Shown: in pieces, positions 51,065 to 64,000 of the stretch | Position numbering within the stretch: position 1 is the stretch's first letter | Layout: the number at the start of each line of letters is the position of its first letter | Notes under the pieces: model-generated | Told to the model about the DNA's origin: nothing | What the model saw: only the letters and a program-made list of their open reading frames with translations | Database searches by the model: none | Position numbers and translations under genes: made by a program | Assembly (NCBI GenBank): GCA_973895155.1 | Contig: OZ316894.1 | Location: 25,728,709 to 25,792,708, forward strand | Direction: 5' to 3' | Origin: Marsupella aquatica | Lineage: Eukaryota; Plantae; Marchantiophyta | DNA length: 64,000 bases

Positions 51065-52744
51065 GGCTCTGCACAACTCTTAATCTGAATAGACTGTTTC
51101 CCCTGGATCGATGTAACTCACGTAGCTTAGTGCCGAGGAGAAGCTATGTATTTCTATAACTTCAAAAATTGCAGTGCAAATCGTGAGTGCAGACGACGAG
51201 AAGACAGTTGGATGAAAACACTTCAGGGGTGGATAGACATGTAACACCTGCCACACAGTTTCTCCCTGGACACTATTTAGGCAAAGCTTAGCACCTCAGC
51301 TCAGCGTGAGACTGAGCCGTTTCTTTTGAGCTGTGAAGCCAGCTCAGAAAGATTGAATGAATTGGTTGAGGCAATCAAGCGTTTAAATAGACTTGGACGA
51401 TGACCTGCCTGATGAGCGTATTATTGGGGCCGTAGTGTGGTGAGAGCCTTACTGTTCAGGATTGATCACGATCGAACCGGAGTTCATTCTCACGTCTCTC
51501 TGCAGAGTGGCGAACAATTTCACAACCATGACAGTTTCAAGGAATTGGACCATGCAACAAGTGGGACGACAAGTGCACTAGTGGGACGATAACCCTCACG
51601 TGCGATGGATTTTGGACCTTCTGAAATTTCAAATTAAAGCAAACCTATATAAAATCTGGGGAACGTCCGGAATACTTTTTCCCATAAAGAAACAATAACA
51701 AAGAAACCATTAGAACACTCTCATCAATAACAAATCCAACGAGGAGTAGTACATGCACGGCTTCCAAATACACAAGAGTGGGATAGAAGGATCCATGATT
51801 ATGTAGAGGGATTTGCTTAATAGACCCCCTCTTGGAGATGTTTTGTTTAATCAGCCTCCTTGAAAATTTTATGCCCCAATAGCCTAGAGATGTACTTGAT
51901 GGACCCTTAAATTGAAATGTCTTACTTGATAGACCCCATGAGACCCCCTGAGCTTTTGGGTACATTTATTTGAGATCTGTCAAGGGTCTGGATCACTCAT
52001 GGGTCCATCAAGAAACACTTTCATTGCATTTTGGGGTCCATCAAATATTTCTCTCCCCAATAGCCCCCTCTTAATGATCAGTAGGTTTTCTGTATACATG
52101 CAACTAATTCACTTTTTATCCCAATGCTAATGCATTCCACTTGGGGTCACAACATTTTTGGATGTGCCCTTGCTCTAGAATTGAATGGCCCAAAGTATTT
52201 TGTTCAGATCCAAAATAAGCAATTTGAGCTTGATGGCTCGGGGGTCTCACTATATGGAGACCTCCCCATCACCTCGACGTTTTAAGGTCTCGGACCCCCT
52301 AAAATGTAAGAAAAAAACTTATTTTTAACCCGTATAAAGTTGGAATATGCTTGGAATATTCCCAAATTTTGATTAGAAAGACCCTAATATTCTTATAAGT
52401 CTCAAAATTGAATTTAAAATACCCTATTGTTCTTCTACAAAAACTTTTAAGTTTTCCCTTAGAACCAATAAAACGATCATATCCTTTGTCGCATGTGATG
52501 TGCCATTTTTGTGGAATTGAAACCCCCGAGCTTGATGGAATAAGGTCTCAATTCTACAAGTGAAACAGATATTAATCTTAGGGAAAAAACCACATTATTT
52601 TGAAGTTTGGATCTAGAGATCAACTCAATCCAAACACACAAATGGCTAACCACAAAAAAAAGTTGCATACGGTATTGAGAAATTAATTGTAAAGAGAGTA
52701 GATGGATTATATTGATAATATAATTGTTCTGCATGTTCTGCTAG

Positions 52745-53631
52745 ACAAGGAAGTATAATTTTAGATTATTTATATCAATCAATTGATAAGGTCACATGCC
52801 TCTATTTTAGCCCTGGCTAACAATGAGATCCACATTCATCAATCAAGATGTCATCACTGTCACCACTGAGCTCGTGTTGGATCAATCTCAAAAATTGACA
52901 TCAGAGGTACTCTACCCAATAAGGTATAGTTATCAATCCCTATTCTCCAATCAGATTGTACGACAAGGAAGTATAATTTTAGATTATTTATATCAATCAA
53001 TTGATAAGGTCACATGCCTTGATTTTAGCCTTGGCTAACAATGAGATCCATATTCATCAATCAAGATGTCATCACTGTCATCACTGAGCTCGATCGTGTT
53101 GGATCAATCTCAAAAATTGACATCAGAGGTACTCTACCGAATAAGGTGTAGTTAACAATCCCTATTCTCCCATCAGATTGTACAACAAGGAAGTCTAATT
53201 TTAGATTATTTATGTCAATCAATTGATAAGGTCACATGCCTCAATTTTAGCCCTGGCTAACAATGAGATCCATATTCATCAATCAAGATGTCATCACTGT
53301 CATCACTGAGCTCGATCGTGTTGGATCAATCTCAAAAATTGACATCAGAGGTACTCTACCGAATAAGGTGTAGTTATCAATCCCTATTCTCCCATCAGAT
53401 TGTACGACAAGGAAGTATAATTTTAGATTATTTATGTCAATCAATTAATTGATAAGGTCACATGCCTCGATTTTAGCCCTGGCTAACAATGAGATCCATA
53501 TTCATCAATCAAGATGTCATCACTGTCATCACTGAGCTCGATCATGTTGGATCAATCTCAAAAATTGACATCAGAGGTACTCTACCGAATAAGGTGTAGT
53601 TATCAATCCCTATTCTCCCATCAGATTGTAC
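52745..53631. repeat. Tandem array of four ~218-225-bp units
   Basis: The unit start 'acaaggaagt.taattttagattattta' recurs at 52745, 52963, 53185 and 53407. Confidence 0.93.
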
Positions 53632-54852
53632 TGGTCATTGGTGAAAATTGATTGTGTAGTATCCAAGGGTACTTCCTTCCCCATGGTTCTCACTTCTTTT
53701 CATCCAACCCATCATGCACAAATAAGTACATGGTTTTTTTATTGGGTTTAGTGAAAGATTTTTAAATTTTTGTTGAAAAACATTAGAGTTGTAAGTTTTA
53801 ATCCAATTTTGTGAATTATAAGAATCATAGGGTTTTTAAAAACCAAATTTGGGAAAAATTACTCAAAACTTAGCTCCTTCACGCTTTAGCAAAACTAAAA
53901 ATTTAATATCTTTCAAACCACCTGCTAGTTTGGGCTGAAAATTTTCAGGGTAGGCTCTTCTACATAAAGGCTACCTCCTAAAAACATTTCAGACTTGTCT
54001 AACTACTTAAGCCAAAATTGCAGAGATAAGCTGTTTTTGAACTAGATGCTCTGGTAAATTAGTCGATCTTCTTGAAGTAGCGCCGTATGGTCCAGGTGCT
54101 CAAAATCTCTTGAACAAATTTGTTTGCATAGCTTCTCCAACAAGTCCATAAACTCGACCAAAAGGAAGAGATCTGATTTGACACTTGATGTCCAGAATAG
54201 GGTCCACAAGTTAACGAGCTAAATAGCTTGTCAATAATCTGTTGATTGAATTTGGCTTTCAATATATCATTTTCCGATACATGAGTAATGGGAGAGCACT
54301 ATGGTCTTTTCCATGGTTTCACAAGGGAAGTCAAATTAATGGGTAGCAGCGCGCATGATCAATTCTAACTAGAATAGCATATGAACTAGGGGGAAAATCA
54401 CCTGGTACTTCAACTTGTGAGGGAAGAAACTGAGGTGATTCTTGAGGTGCAGACCGTGCAGTCCCAACAAAATTGGGATCAAGGGGAGTCCTTGCACTAT
54501 CCTAAGTGGTATCTTCAGGTGGGGACAGCAGATTGTTGGGAGCTATAGTGGGATTATCTAATGGTTCCTTAGGAGGAACTCGTCAAGCAAGTAGAGTAGC
54601 TTCAGGGCAGAAAGGAGGTGACATTACTGGATCAATCATGTGAGCATCTTTGCCTTCATCATTTTCAGTATCAAAGTCTCCAAATTAAATCAAACTCGTC
54701 GATCAGTCTGGCTCTTTCCTCCTGAGCACAAGTAAGCAAGCAGTAGGGTGGGTTGTCCTGCTTTCACTCTCTTAATCTGAGATAAGATTGCTTGTTGCAT
54801 TAGCAATGCCCAATTTAATCAGCAACTCCCTTCCAGCTTGCAACAATTGTAA

Positions 54853-57800
54853 TTAGCAACATACCGGTATCATGTGAGGACAGTTAGGATGAAAAATGGG
54901 AACCAGGAATTCCAAATTTAAAGTGTAATCAGTACACTGGTCCATCTTCCATCTATGGCAAACATTTTGAGTTCCAGCAAAATAGGGTTTTGAGATCTCT
55001 CCTTGGCGCAATAATAGATTGCTTCCCTCAGTAGGACAGTCAAAAGCATATGCTATAAGTTGCAAAGTCCACATCTCTGGATTCGCTCGAGCAGTACCCA
55101 CCATGTCAATTTCAATGTGTGCTCCATCCTGAAAACCCTTTAAGTGATTGGGTTGAGTCACAGACCACTTAGGTAGAGAAAATAATTTACTCAAGTGCAT
55201 CACTTCCAAGGACTCTTGTAGAACATCCAGACTTCTCTTCAAAGTGGGGTAAATCACAGGGACAACCTTAGGTAGAGGAACTTTGTTTACAACTCTCTCC
55301 GCTTCCTCTGCTGATGATGCCATAGTCGAGGCGCAGGTCAAATCCATAATCCAAATGTGACAAGCAAAACGTGTTGAAGCCTCATTCCGCCGAAGCGTTG
55401 TTGCGTTGTTCCGCAAAAGCTCCATAACAACAGTGGTAAACTCATGGCTAACTTTTGATTTGATCACACTTAGGAAATACAATGAGTGTATCACAATCAT
55501 TCTATCTCAACTATTCTGCACTCAATTTCCTTAGTGAATGTTGAACAATGTTGAATGAGTGTTGACTATTAAGGTTACTGTAGATATGAGGATATATTGG
55601 GGAGACAATTCCACGGTCTTCTAGTAGAGTCTGAAGATTTTTGTATGTCGGTTTCAAGAATATGTCAAGGTGTTGTTCTATCATTGTGCCAACGCGCCGT
55701 TGCACTAAAATGCTGAAATGCCTCTACGTACTAACTTGGGCAAATATTATCCATAATTTTGGTACATCATCTTTTCCAAAGTATAGTTGTAACGGGCAGA
55801 GTAATCCTCACGCTAAGCACGTCACACTAAAGTTCAATAGACCATATCCCTATATCTCTTAATTCTACTTAAAACTAAAAGAGGGGCAATTAGTTATTCT
55901 AAGTTTACTGTTGTCTACAATTTATTTTTCAGGTTTCAATAATTTCTAACTTCCTGATTTATCCCCTATTACATTGATAACTCCCTTTCAAACTGCGTCG
56001 TGCCCTCACAAGCCTTCTGAACTGGGTAAGTAATATTTTTTCACCCTGAATCCATTTATCCGTGTATCAAGAGGTTTTTCGTCTAAAATTTCCAAAGTTA
56101 AGGATCCATTGGACCACACTTTCACAACTCTGTAAGGTCCTATCCAGTGGGTATGAAGATTTCCAGTGAAAAAACATATATCTAGAATCATAAACGAGTG
56201 CGAAGTCTCCTTGTTGAAGAGTAGGTGTCCTTACTTTCTTATCATATGTCATCTTTTGTTTATAATTATCTTGTTAGTGAATAGTATGCTCTAAGGCTAA
56301 AAGTCGATGCTCTTCATATTTGTCTATAATTTCCAGTCTAAAATGGAAACTCTCAGCTTTAGATAATCGTTAAGGAATAAGAGTCCTTTCAATAGGGATT
56401 TCAAACTCAATTGGAGTGACACTATTCATGCCAATTAAAGATCAAATAGAAAAGAGTTTCTAAGGTTGTGATTTTCTCTGCTGTTTTGTAAGCCCATAAA
56501 GCTGAATGAAGTTTAATATCCCAGTCAGTTTTATGTGCTTCAACCATTTTATCCAAAATCTTTCTCAATAAACCATTGGCTCGCTCAGTCAATCCATTAG
56601 CTCTTGGGTTATAAGGAGTGGTCTTGCAATGTTTGATCAAATACTTATTACCAATAAGCTCAATTGTATCATTAAGAAAATGTAAGCCTCGATCGCTTGG
56701 TGTTCACAGGGGCAACCATATCTGGTGATAATATTCTCAAATAGGAAGCTGGCAGCTATAGCAACATCATTTTTATGTGTATGTTAAGCTTCCACCCACT
56801 TAGTAAGGTTATCTGTAGCTTGCAAGGATAATGTATTGGCTTTGACTAAACCTGGCAGCAGGAGATCTAATTATTGGACCAATAAAATCTATTCCCCATT
56901 TCTCAAATGGAGAAAGAGGTAGGATAGGAGTTAAGGGCAATTTAGATGTAGCTGTTAGTTTACCTACATGTTGACACGGATCACAACTTTGGATAGACTC
57001 AAAAGTATTTTTGTGCATAGTAGGCCACCAGAATCCAGCATCCTTAGTTAATTTTCTTAACAGTTATATTCACAGCGTAATGACCTCCAGAAGCTTTAGT
57101 ATGTAAAACTAAAATCACCTGGGAAACTTCTCTAGATTCCAAACATGGACGAAGTTTTGGATTGGGCAATCATTTAAATAAATTTCTTTCACCAAAGTAT
57201 ATGGTCCAACCTTATGTACAAAAACTGCTTTTCTTCAGCATTCAACCAAGCAGATAAAGTCCATGCATAAGCATGTATAAGTTTATATCAAAATACCTAC
57301 ATTCCTCCCCTCCTAAGTGCCACAAATGGTTGTCAAGAAATTGATCAGATAATGGATCTGAATTTGCTTCACCAGGAAGTAGAGACAAGAAATCTACATT
57401 TTCATGGTGCTTACCAGCTCTCAATTGTACCTCAGTCATATTCCTGGAGTAAGAGTACCCATTTTGCAATACATCCACTTATTAAATCAGCTTGATTTAC
57501 CAAATATTTTAAGGATGAATGATCAGTATGGAAAACAATATTAATTTAATTTAATTTTAAATTACATTTATTCCGCATGAAACCCACGGATGGGGGGACC
57601 AGTAGGCAAAAGGGCCCTTAGGGCAGAAAGAACATCACAGAACAGGAGTGACAGAATCATCCGGTGTCAACCACAAAGCAAGTCACAAGTAATCCACTAA
57701 CCTCAAAACCAACCTAGCAGTCCTCTAGCATAATACTCACCATAGAGAGAAGGTTTGGTCATAAGGGAGAGAAGCAGTGTACTACTAGACCTCACACCAA

Positions 57801-58770
57801 AGAAGGGGCCAGTAGCACCCATAACTAACAATCAGGCCAAGATCAGATGTCCTAGCCTGCTGTTAAGAATACAAATCCACTCCTATTCTAAACATTTTCT
57901 AGCCTGGGTAACAGTCAAAGCAGCTTCTGTTTTGAGCCATTAACAGCAGCCACCGCAGCCATGTGATCCAAGGCTTGTGAAATGAGAAGAGGCCAGTTAA
58001 AGGTACGTTAGTATGGAAAACAATCTTATAACCCAACAAGTAATGTATGAATTTCTTGCATGAGAAAATAACTGCTAAGGCTTCCCTTATTGTAACAATG
58101 TAATTTGTTTTAGCACTGTTCATTTGCCTACTGGCATAATATATGGGGTGATCTTTCTTGTCTTCATCAAGTTGACTTAAAGCGGCACCAGCACAATAAA
58201 TATGCTGAGGCATCAATAAAGACATGAAAGGTTTTCTGCTAATCTGGCGGTTGAAGAATAGGAGTAGTGGTTAACTTGAATGATTGTGCTTTAATGCCTC
58301 AAAAGCTTGTTGCCTCTCATTTGTCCAAACATATTCTATGTCCTTCTTAAGTAATTGAGTTAAAGGCATAGCCAAGTCAGCATACTTCCTTATAAATCAT
58401 CTGTAATAATCTACATGATCAAGTAAACCTCGTAACTCCTTTACATTGTCGGGTGATTGTAACTCCCCTAGTAACTCCAAAATAACTCAAACTTTTTCAG
58501 CATCAACCTCGATTCCTTGTTGCAATATTACATATCCAAGTAGAATTTCTTCTCTCATACCTATGAAGCATCATGTATCGTAAGCATAATTGAGATTCTT
58601 GGCATCTTTGAAACGTTTGTTGTAAATGGTGCAGGCGTTTTCTGGCTGCTCCTTACAAACACAAATCATCTAGAAAATTTCCAAAAAATTTCTGAGAAAG
58701 TCATGAAAAATAATCATCATTATCCGTTGAAATGTCCTAGGGGCATTACATAGACAAAAGGCATAACACT
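54853..58770 (-). mobile_element. Degenerate Ty3/Gypsy (non-chromovirus, Athila/Tat-like) pol fragments plus a downstream ORF remnant
   Basis: RH 'GAALSQ..HPIYYASRQMN..REALAVIFSCKKF', INT 'PFEKWGIDFIGPI', 'TTPYNPRANGLTERAN' and 'WIGPYRV' in RT-RH-INT order, with many stops. LTRs not identified. Confidence 0.8.
57540..58009 (-). mobile_element. Non-LTR (SINE or 5'-truncated LINE) insertion inside the Gypsy RNase H
   Basis: 15-bp TSD AGTATGGAAAACAAT (57525-39 and 58010-24), an AT-rich (AAATT)n tail at the minus-strand 3' end, and interruption of 'KIVFHT|DHSSLKYL'. Confidence 0.8.
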
Positions 58771-59226
58771 GATTTAATCAAAGAAAATATTTTGTACAGT
58801 TAAATAGGCCTATTTGTTCTTTAAAGCTGACTGGTCAATAAAACATGCCCTATTTGTTCTACCACAAAACTTTGAAAGTCTTCCGCCACACCCATTTAAA
58901 TGGGCCTATACTTTGTCACACGTGATGTGTCTCTTCCATGAAAGTGACCCCCCGGAGCCTGTGAAATATTGGGAGTTGATAATGAGTTGTTGTCAAATGG
59001 ACTTGCGATGGAAGGGGAGATAAATAGTCAATTTCCCTTGAATAACAGGTTTTGGCCTAAGACTAACCATGACACATATTTTCCTGATTAGATTTCTTCC
59101 CACACTTTTTTTTACCCAAAGATAAGAGGACTATTGCCTGCAAGTGGACTTTCAAGATGAAGCTCATTAAATTTGATGGAGGCGTTCAAGGTTTAGATCA
59201 AGATTTGCTAAAGGAAAAGAAGTGTA

Positions 59227-59775
59227 CACTGTTTACCATAGTTAGTGTTACTACGGAAATAGTGTACGTAACACCATAAATAGTGTGAGTAACACTAATA
59301 TGTGAGTAGAGGAGTATTGGAGCTCACATAACACTAATTATGGAACATACTAACATAGCACAAAAATCAATCATTCCTATGAAAACACACATTAGAATAT
59401 ATTATGAGTGATTGATTAATGTAAATCTCATGGTTTAGTTGGGCTCTCTCAATTTAATGTATGTTTTGTCCATGCTATTGTCCAGGCAAACATTCAACCA
59501 ATTCCATACCATTTTCAACTCACATTCTCACACCCAAATAGTGTGACTACTATTACAAACAAGATTCATGGTTTCATGCAACATTTTTGGTATCAATAGC
59601 CACTCCGTAAATAATGTGAGTTGATTTCCATAATTAGTGTTACTGGTAACCCTAATTGAATCACTCACAATTATTGTTAATACAGATTTAGTATTAGTGA
59701 AACTATTTCAAGAGGGATTCAAATTTTTCCGAGCTACACAATTAGTGTTAGTAACACTAACTACGGTAAACAGTG
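59227..59775. mobile_element. MITE related to the CACTGTT/TA family, with a longer interior
   Basis: TA+CACTGTTTACCATAGTTAGTGTTACT at the left end and AGTAACACTAACTACGGTAAACAGTG+TA at the right end. Confidence 0.85.
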
Positions 59776-59839
59776 TAGATCATTTTCTAGAATTAAGAGT
59801 TATATTTTGGATAAGCTTCAACATTTCAAGAAAATCACG

Positions 59840-61110
59840 GCTGAATGCAAAATTTGGAAATGTAGACAAGTTCATGTCCAACCCTAGACCAAGACACTGT
59901 TTGTTGGAGCAAGAATTTCTAGATATCTCAAAGTAACATTAGATAAGACACTTATGTATAAGAGTGTGAATATATGTTCTAGGGTCTTTACTGACTACTC
60001 ACATTCTCACTAATCATGGAGGAGATGTGAACACCAGAAAGTCTACTTTTGGTTATTGGTTCTTGATGAGCAAAGGTGCAATAAACCTTATTAGAGAGGA
60101 AGTAAAAACTACAACACTATTATCTATGGGTGAGAGCATGGCTTGAACAAAGACTTCAATGCAAGCAATTTGGTTGTCCGGTTGCTTGGGGATCTTGCTA
60201 TTGTCAAACTGATGTCAACATAGATGTGACAATGAAAGTTCTATTACATTGACAAAGACAACAATGTGACAATTTAAGAAAGTAGATTGACATTCAACAT
60301 TAGCTTCTTTAAGAGCAAGTTGAAGGGGGAGCATAAGTTACAGTTGATTGGTGTCCTAGCCATTTGAATGTAGCTGAATTCTATATCTCAACTATACAAG
60401 AAGAATTGTTGGTTACCCAGTCAGACAAACTTCAGGTTACTTGGATGGAGCAAGGAAGCCTGCATGGTTTCTCTTCTATATAAAACCTAGTGTCATGCAT
60501 TGTATTCTCAAGTACTCAATTAGTAAAGAAATTATTGAGGGAAAGTGCTCATGTGTGGGCCACTGTTGTGTGATTGTCTCTTTGCATGTTGAGTAGAGTT
60601 CAGGTGCTACTATTTCACATCATCTTCTGTTTCAGTTTCTTGGTTTTGAACATCTTTTTCTTGTTTCATTTTTATTGTGTTCGTCTCTTAGAGAATGGGT
60701 CTGTGTTACATTACAATGGGTTCCGGCATTCACTCTTCTTTGGGGAGTTGAGGCTGTTGGTGTTAGCGCATGATCTAGACAAATTCCTCTTTGGACCCTT
60801 ACCCTCCTCTGGTTTACCAGGTTTTTCAATTTGCTTGTCAACAAAGCTATAGTTCCTTTGCTGATGTAGGGAACTCTCAGGCTTGTAAGTTGGCTCTTTG
60901 GTCCTAAGGGTTGTCCCTTGTGTTCTTCCCTCTAGTGAGTCTCTACTCTCTAGCCTGTGAAGCTCTTGGATTTGCCCTTTTTGTTCTTTGGCAATGTGAT
61001 TTAATATGTTAATAATTCAGTATATCCTATTATCCTGGAAGTGACCATTGAAAAAGTCTTCTAGCCCCCTATAAAAAATTATTTCATGAAACCACTTTAC
61101 AGAAATATCT
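59840..61110 (+). mobile_element. Highly degenerate Copia 3' remnant (RT end, RNase H, PPT, probable LTR)
   Basis: 'GNVDKFMSNPRPRH', 'MSKGAI' and 'QAIWL' fragments; PPT-like TTGAAGGGGGAG at ~60320 followed by LTR-like sequence. Boundaries are uncertain. Confidence 0.5.
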
Positions 61111-61956
61111 AACAGAATATTCCAAGAATATGTTGGGATTAGTGCTTCTTATTCAGGAATCTTCCAGAAGGGTTTCTAACATGAACTTAGAGTCTAGGGC
61201 ACCAAGGCAGCATGCTTGTCCTACAAGAAACAAAACATGCCCAGACCAGAAAAAGGGCTTCATCAATACAGGAGAAGAACAGGGGATTAATAATAGGGGG
61301 TGGTGGTGGGGCAGGCTGTACAAGCTAGAAATGGAAGGAATCATAGCCGTCACAAATGCCGTGTAGGCAGTACATGTGAGTGGACAGCACACCATGAAAG
61401 CTTTCCATTCGCCTTAGAGATTCAACACTGCTCAGTAGTAGGGAAGGCGTTTCTTTCTCTCCTCATTCCTGCCAGAAGACATTGCTGAAGACATTGATGC
61501 CATTCATCCATTCCTACAGGGCACAGCCCCCTCCCCTGTACTCCCTCCCGCCCTGCCTTCCCTGCTCGTCCCCACCGTGTCGATTTCCCTCTCATTTATT
61601 GATTTGCCTTTTCGATTCGATACAAACGGGAGTACATTTGAATCGTTGGAAATCGGTGCGCACTCATTAGTCTTGTAGCCGACTGGAGTGTCGTTATCAA
61701 CGGAGGCCGACTATCTGCAAATCGTTGTCACTCCCATTCAATCTTGTGCGTGTAATTGGAATCTACTGAAGCGGAGACAGCCTGCACGTCTGTTTCAGTC
61801 TCACATCTGAAGTGGTACAGCTGATGTGAAGTGGTACAGCTGAAGAGGACTTGCGAATGGGTTTCTCTTGTCTGTGATCTTGGTTGAGCTCAGGTGAGGT
61901 ATAGCAGCAGGGAAAGGAAGGGGAAAAACGATTCGAAATGCTGGCAGCCAGCTCGC

Positions 61957-61972
61957 AGGGTTTAGGGTTTAG
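61957..61972. promoter_or_regulatory. Telomere-like repeat / telo-box upstream of MORC
   Basis: agggtttagggtttag, i.e. AAACCCTA on the minus strand. Confidence 0.4.
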
Positions 61973-62467
61973 CTGTGCTGCTACCGGTGAGAAGGGTGTG
62001 TTCTGTACTTTCTATATCTAATCATCATTCCATCCACCGGTGCACTGTGAATTTGGTCCTCTGCCTCACCAGTGGACTTCACAAGTCGCTCTGTTCTTCT
62101 CCCTCTGCTATCGTCTCTGTTCCATTTAGCAGCCATTTAGCAGCGGAGGATCTTGGAATTGGTGTTCCTTTCGTCCTGGTCTTGGTTCTGATCGTTGATG
62201 CAAGGTCAGTGACGAAGAGCAGCAAGTGGAACAACTGCAGGTAGGTGAAGAGGAAGAAAGACAGTGAAGGTATGTCATAGGGTTCCATTCGTTTAGCATC
62301 GGCGGCGATTCGAGATGGAAGGAGACAGACAGGTCTGAGCTGGACTAGTGCTTATTCTGGTGATGGATGTGTAGAGGTTGGTGGTGGCAATTGAAGCTTC
62401 GAAGAGTAGTTTAATTTTAGAAACAACTTTAGAGCCATGTGAGAAGGTTCAACGACAATTGGGAAGA

Positions 62468-64000
62468 ATGGCGGCAATGATTGATCTCACTGAAACAAGT
62501 AGCGACGAGGAAGATGCCCCCACCAGGAGGTTTTTTTCTCCTTTGCCTGTCGTTTCAGCTCGTGGCAATGGTGTTCCTAAGAGGGCGAATAACGGTGGCG
62601 CGCCAGCAATTCTAGGTTTAGCAGCAGGCAATCTGGTTACTGGCAGTGTACCTGCCGGGACTCGTAGCATAGACCGTAATGGTGGATCAGCAGGCTCAGA
62701 GAAGAGACAACCATCGCAAAATGGGAAATCTCTGGCTGTGTGGAAAGGCATGAGCATGGGAAAGAATGACGCGACAGCAATGGAAGAAGCGAGCACTTCT
62801 GCTGGTCTTTCTGGTTGGGGTGACCCTCTTCCACCTGAGGCTCCCTATCACTCTCTTCGGGTCGGCAGTAATGCAGTCGAGAACGGGATCGTCAGTGACA
62901 CAGCTCCCGCTCCTGTGTCAAACAATCTTCAAAGTTCTGATGATGTGGTGAAGAGAGAACCATCTTCCGTAGGTGATGTGGAGAGGAGAGAACGGAAAAC
63001 AGCAGTTGGGGTAGGGAGCAGGGCACCTGAAGATGACTCTAAAGTCTGTCGGGAGTTCTGGAGAGCTGGTGATTATGAGGCGAGTAAAACGGGGATCAGA
63101 ACTGTACATGGGGCCATGGATCACGTCCGTGTTCATCCCAAGTTTCTTCATTCCAATGCTACTTCTCACAAGTGGGCCCTGGGGGCCGTAGCAGAGTTAC
63201 TGGATAATGCTCTGGACGAGGTTCAGAATGGAGCTACATTTGTCAATGTTGACAAGATTGTGAATCCTCGAGACGCCACTCCTGCTTTGCTGGTACAAGA
63301 TGATGGAGGTGGAATGGCTCCAGACACTATGCGGGCGTGCATGAGCTTGGGATACTCCCGGAAAAACACTAACACCACCATTGGCCAATACGGAAATGGA
63401 TTTAAAACCAGTACAATGCGGTTGGGAGCCGATGTTGTTGTGTTCAGTCGCAACACTCATGGTTCAACTGTAACTCAAAGTGTTGGGCTGCTGTCCTACA
63501 CTTTTCTGCGAAAGACAGGACGTGAGGATGTTGTGGTTCCAATGATTGATTATGAGGCGTCGCTTGAGAGTCTTAAGAATGGCGAGCCACCCAGGAAGAT
63601 GATTCGAAGCACTCTCGATGATTGGCTGAGCAATTTGACATCTATAGCGGAGTGGTCTCCATACGCGTCAGAAGTAGAACTTCTCGAACAGTTTGAAAAT
63701 TTAGGCTGGCATGGAACAAAGGTCATTATATACAACCTTTGGTTCAATGACGACGGTGTGTTGGAGCTGGATTTCGACACTGATGAGCACGACATTCAGC
63801 TTAGAGGAGGCGCGAAACAAGACAAGGCCAGACCTGTCCAGCACCAGTTAGCTCAGCAACACATTGCGAATCGGTACCATCACTCTCTGCGCGTCTATAC
63901 TTCAATTTTGTACTTGCAGATGCCTCCAGGGTTCCAAATTATTTTGCGAGGAAAGCTGGTTGACCACCACAGTATAGCATCCGACCTTAAGTTTCCTGAG
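62468..64000 (+). CDS. MORC: MORC family GHKL ATPase (3' end beyond window), no coding introns in view
   Basis: Continuous frame from ATG 62468: 'CREFWRAGDY', 'DHVRVHPKFLHSNATSHKWALGAVAELLDNALDE', 'DDGGGM', 'IGQYGNGFKTSTMRLGADV', 'SVGLLSYTFL', 'HGTKVIIYNLW', 'SLRVYTSILYL'. Missing from the ORF track because it has no stop within the window. Confidence 0.95.
   Translation, partial: MAAMIDLTETSSDEEDAPTRRFFSPLPVVSARGNGVPKRANNGGAPAILGLAAGNLVTGSVPAGTRSIDRNGGSAGSEKRQPSQNGKSLAVWKGMSMGKNDATAMEEASTSAGLSGWGDPLPPEAPYHSLRVGSNAVENGIVSDTAPAPVSNNLQSSDDVVKREPSSVGDVERRERKTAVGVGSRAPEDDSKVCREFWRAGDYEASKTGIRTVHGAMDHVRVHPKFLHSNATSHKWALGAVAELLDNALDEVQNGATFVNVDKIVNPRDATPALLVQDDGGGMAPDTMRACMSLGYSRKNTNTTIGQYGNGFKTSTMRLGADVVVFSRNTHGSTVTQSVGLLSYTFLRKTGREDVVVPMIDYEASLESLKNGEPPRKMIRSTLDDWLSNLTSIAEWSPYASEVELLEQFENLGWHGTKVIIYNLWFNDDGVLELDFDTDEHDIQLRGGAKQDKARPVQHQLAQQHIANRYHHSLRVYTSILYLQMPPGFQIILRGKLVDHHSIASDLKFPE

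Noticed and set aside
52745-53631. Possible CRISPR-like array
   Set aside because: The units are ~220-bp near-identical tandem copies with no unique spacers, in a eukaryotic context.

Overview
Eukaryotic land-plant nuclear DNA: spliceosomal GT-AG introns, TTTAGGG telomere motifs and plant-specific gene families. The species cannot be determined from this window. Host genes are a fasciclin-like AGP pseudogene, an RRA-type GT77 arabinosyltransferase, a TPR+DnaJ protein, a chlorophyllase, a Root_cap/LEA-type protein and a MORC GHKL ATPase whose visible coding region has no introns (it runs off the window end). The main finding is a ~10.1-kb DNA transposon at 6766-16896 with perfect 14-bp TIRs and a TTAA TSD. 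It carries an apparently intact 8-exon, ~764-aa Kolobok-type DDE transposase with an inserted SAP-like domain, plus a convergent small gene resembling KolX / the P2X7 cytoplasmic-ballast C-terminus, so it is a candidate autonomous Kolobok element in a land plant. Other mobile DNA: a full-length Copia nested in a TA-TSD MITE with its gag disrupted by a telomeric-repeat insert, an internally deleted Bianca-like Copia with a 108-bp LTR, a degenerate Gypsy interrupted by a 15-bp-TSD non-LTR insertion, several MITEs and a 4-copy ~220-bp tandem array. All exon structures and family assignments were made by eye, with no database searches.
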